Shown here: in pieces, positions 31,610 to 32,000 of the stretch
Layout of the letters: the number at the start of each line of letters is the position of its first letter
How positions within the stretch are numbered: the stretch's first letter is position 1
Origin: Dickeya dadantii NCPPB 898
GTDB lineage: Bacteria; Pseudomonadota; Gammaproteobacteria; Enterobacterales; Enterobacteriaceae
Direction: 5' to 3'
Length of the DNA stretch: 32,000 nucleotides
Assembly (NCBI RefSeq): GCF_000406145.1
Contig: NZ_CM001976.1
Location: 627,260-659,259 of the forward strand
The notes under the pieces: model-generated
What the model saw: only the letters and a program-made list of their open reading frames with translations
Database searches by the model: none
Told to the model about the DNA's origin: nothing
Made by a program: the position numbers and the translations under genes

Positions 31610-32000
31610 ATGAAGCCTTTCTTGCGCTGGTGTTATGTTGCGACAGCAATTATGCTGGCAGGATGCAGCAACACGGATTGGCGCAAAGATGCATTGCTGG
31701 CGGTTCCGTTGCAGCCAACGCTGCAGCAGGAAGTCATCCTGGCGCGTATGGAGCAGATCCTGGCGAGCCGGGCAATTACTCCCGATGAGCGAGCACAGCT
31801 GTTATATGAGCGCGGAGTGCTGTATGATAGCCTCGGGTTACGGGCGTTGGCGCGAAATGATTTTTCACAAGCGCTTTCCATCCGTCCCGATATGCCGGAA
31901 GTGTTTAACTATCTCGGCATTTACTTGACGCAGGCAGGCAATTTTGATGCTGCCTATGAAGCGTTTGATTCTGTATTAGAGCTTGATCCAACTTACAATT
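31610..32000 (+). CDS. nlpI: Lipoprotein NlpI, 5' partial (runs off the window end)
   Basis: My own translation from ATG 31610 gives [130 protein letters not shown]. It has a lipobox (LAGC) and TPR repeats, and is near-identical to E. coli NlpI. It is absent from the ORF track because no stop codon falls inside the window. Confidence 0.92.
   Translation, partial: MKPFLRWCYVATAIMLAGCSNTDWRKDALLAVPLQPTLQQEVILARMEQILASRAITPDERAQLLYERGVLYDSLGLRALARNDFSQALSIRPDMPEVFNYLGIYLTQAGNFDAAYEAFDSVLELDPTYN

Overview
This 32-kb window comes from an Enterobacterales chromosome. The proteins are close to, but clearly distinct from, the E. coli K-12 sequences as I recall them; the genus cannot be determined from this window. 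Almost everything is conserved core housekeeping. Left to right: a CAU-anticodon tRNA (ileX-like, minus); the rpsU-dnaG-rpoD operon (minus); tsaD (+); argR (-); mdh (+); a small accessory-looking block; ispB (-); rplU-rpmA-yhbE-obgE (+); dacB (-); greA (+); yhbY (-); rlmE-ftsH-folP-glmM (+); secG-leuU (+); metY-rimP-nusA-infB-rbfA-truB-rpsO-pnp (+); and the 5' part of nlpI (+). The accessory-looking block is a Ner-like nlp/sfsB gene divergent from two tandem Mu-repressor-like / YfeC-YfeD-like HTH genes. I found no CRISPR array, IS element, integrase, toxin-antitoxin pair or recognisable defence gene. The only candidate for something undescribed is the 7.9-9.3 kb block. It has the topology of a phage-Mu c/ner switch, with a phased 10-bp repeat array in the divergent intergenic region, but it has no phage around it and its 'c' arm is duplicated. 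I rate it moderately interesting, not compelling. The other findings are regulatory details: leaders, attenuators, alternative starts, spacer anomalies and synteny junctions. The many long antisense ORFs in the track are codon-bias artefacts and were rejected.
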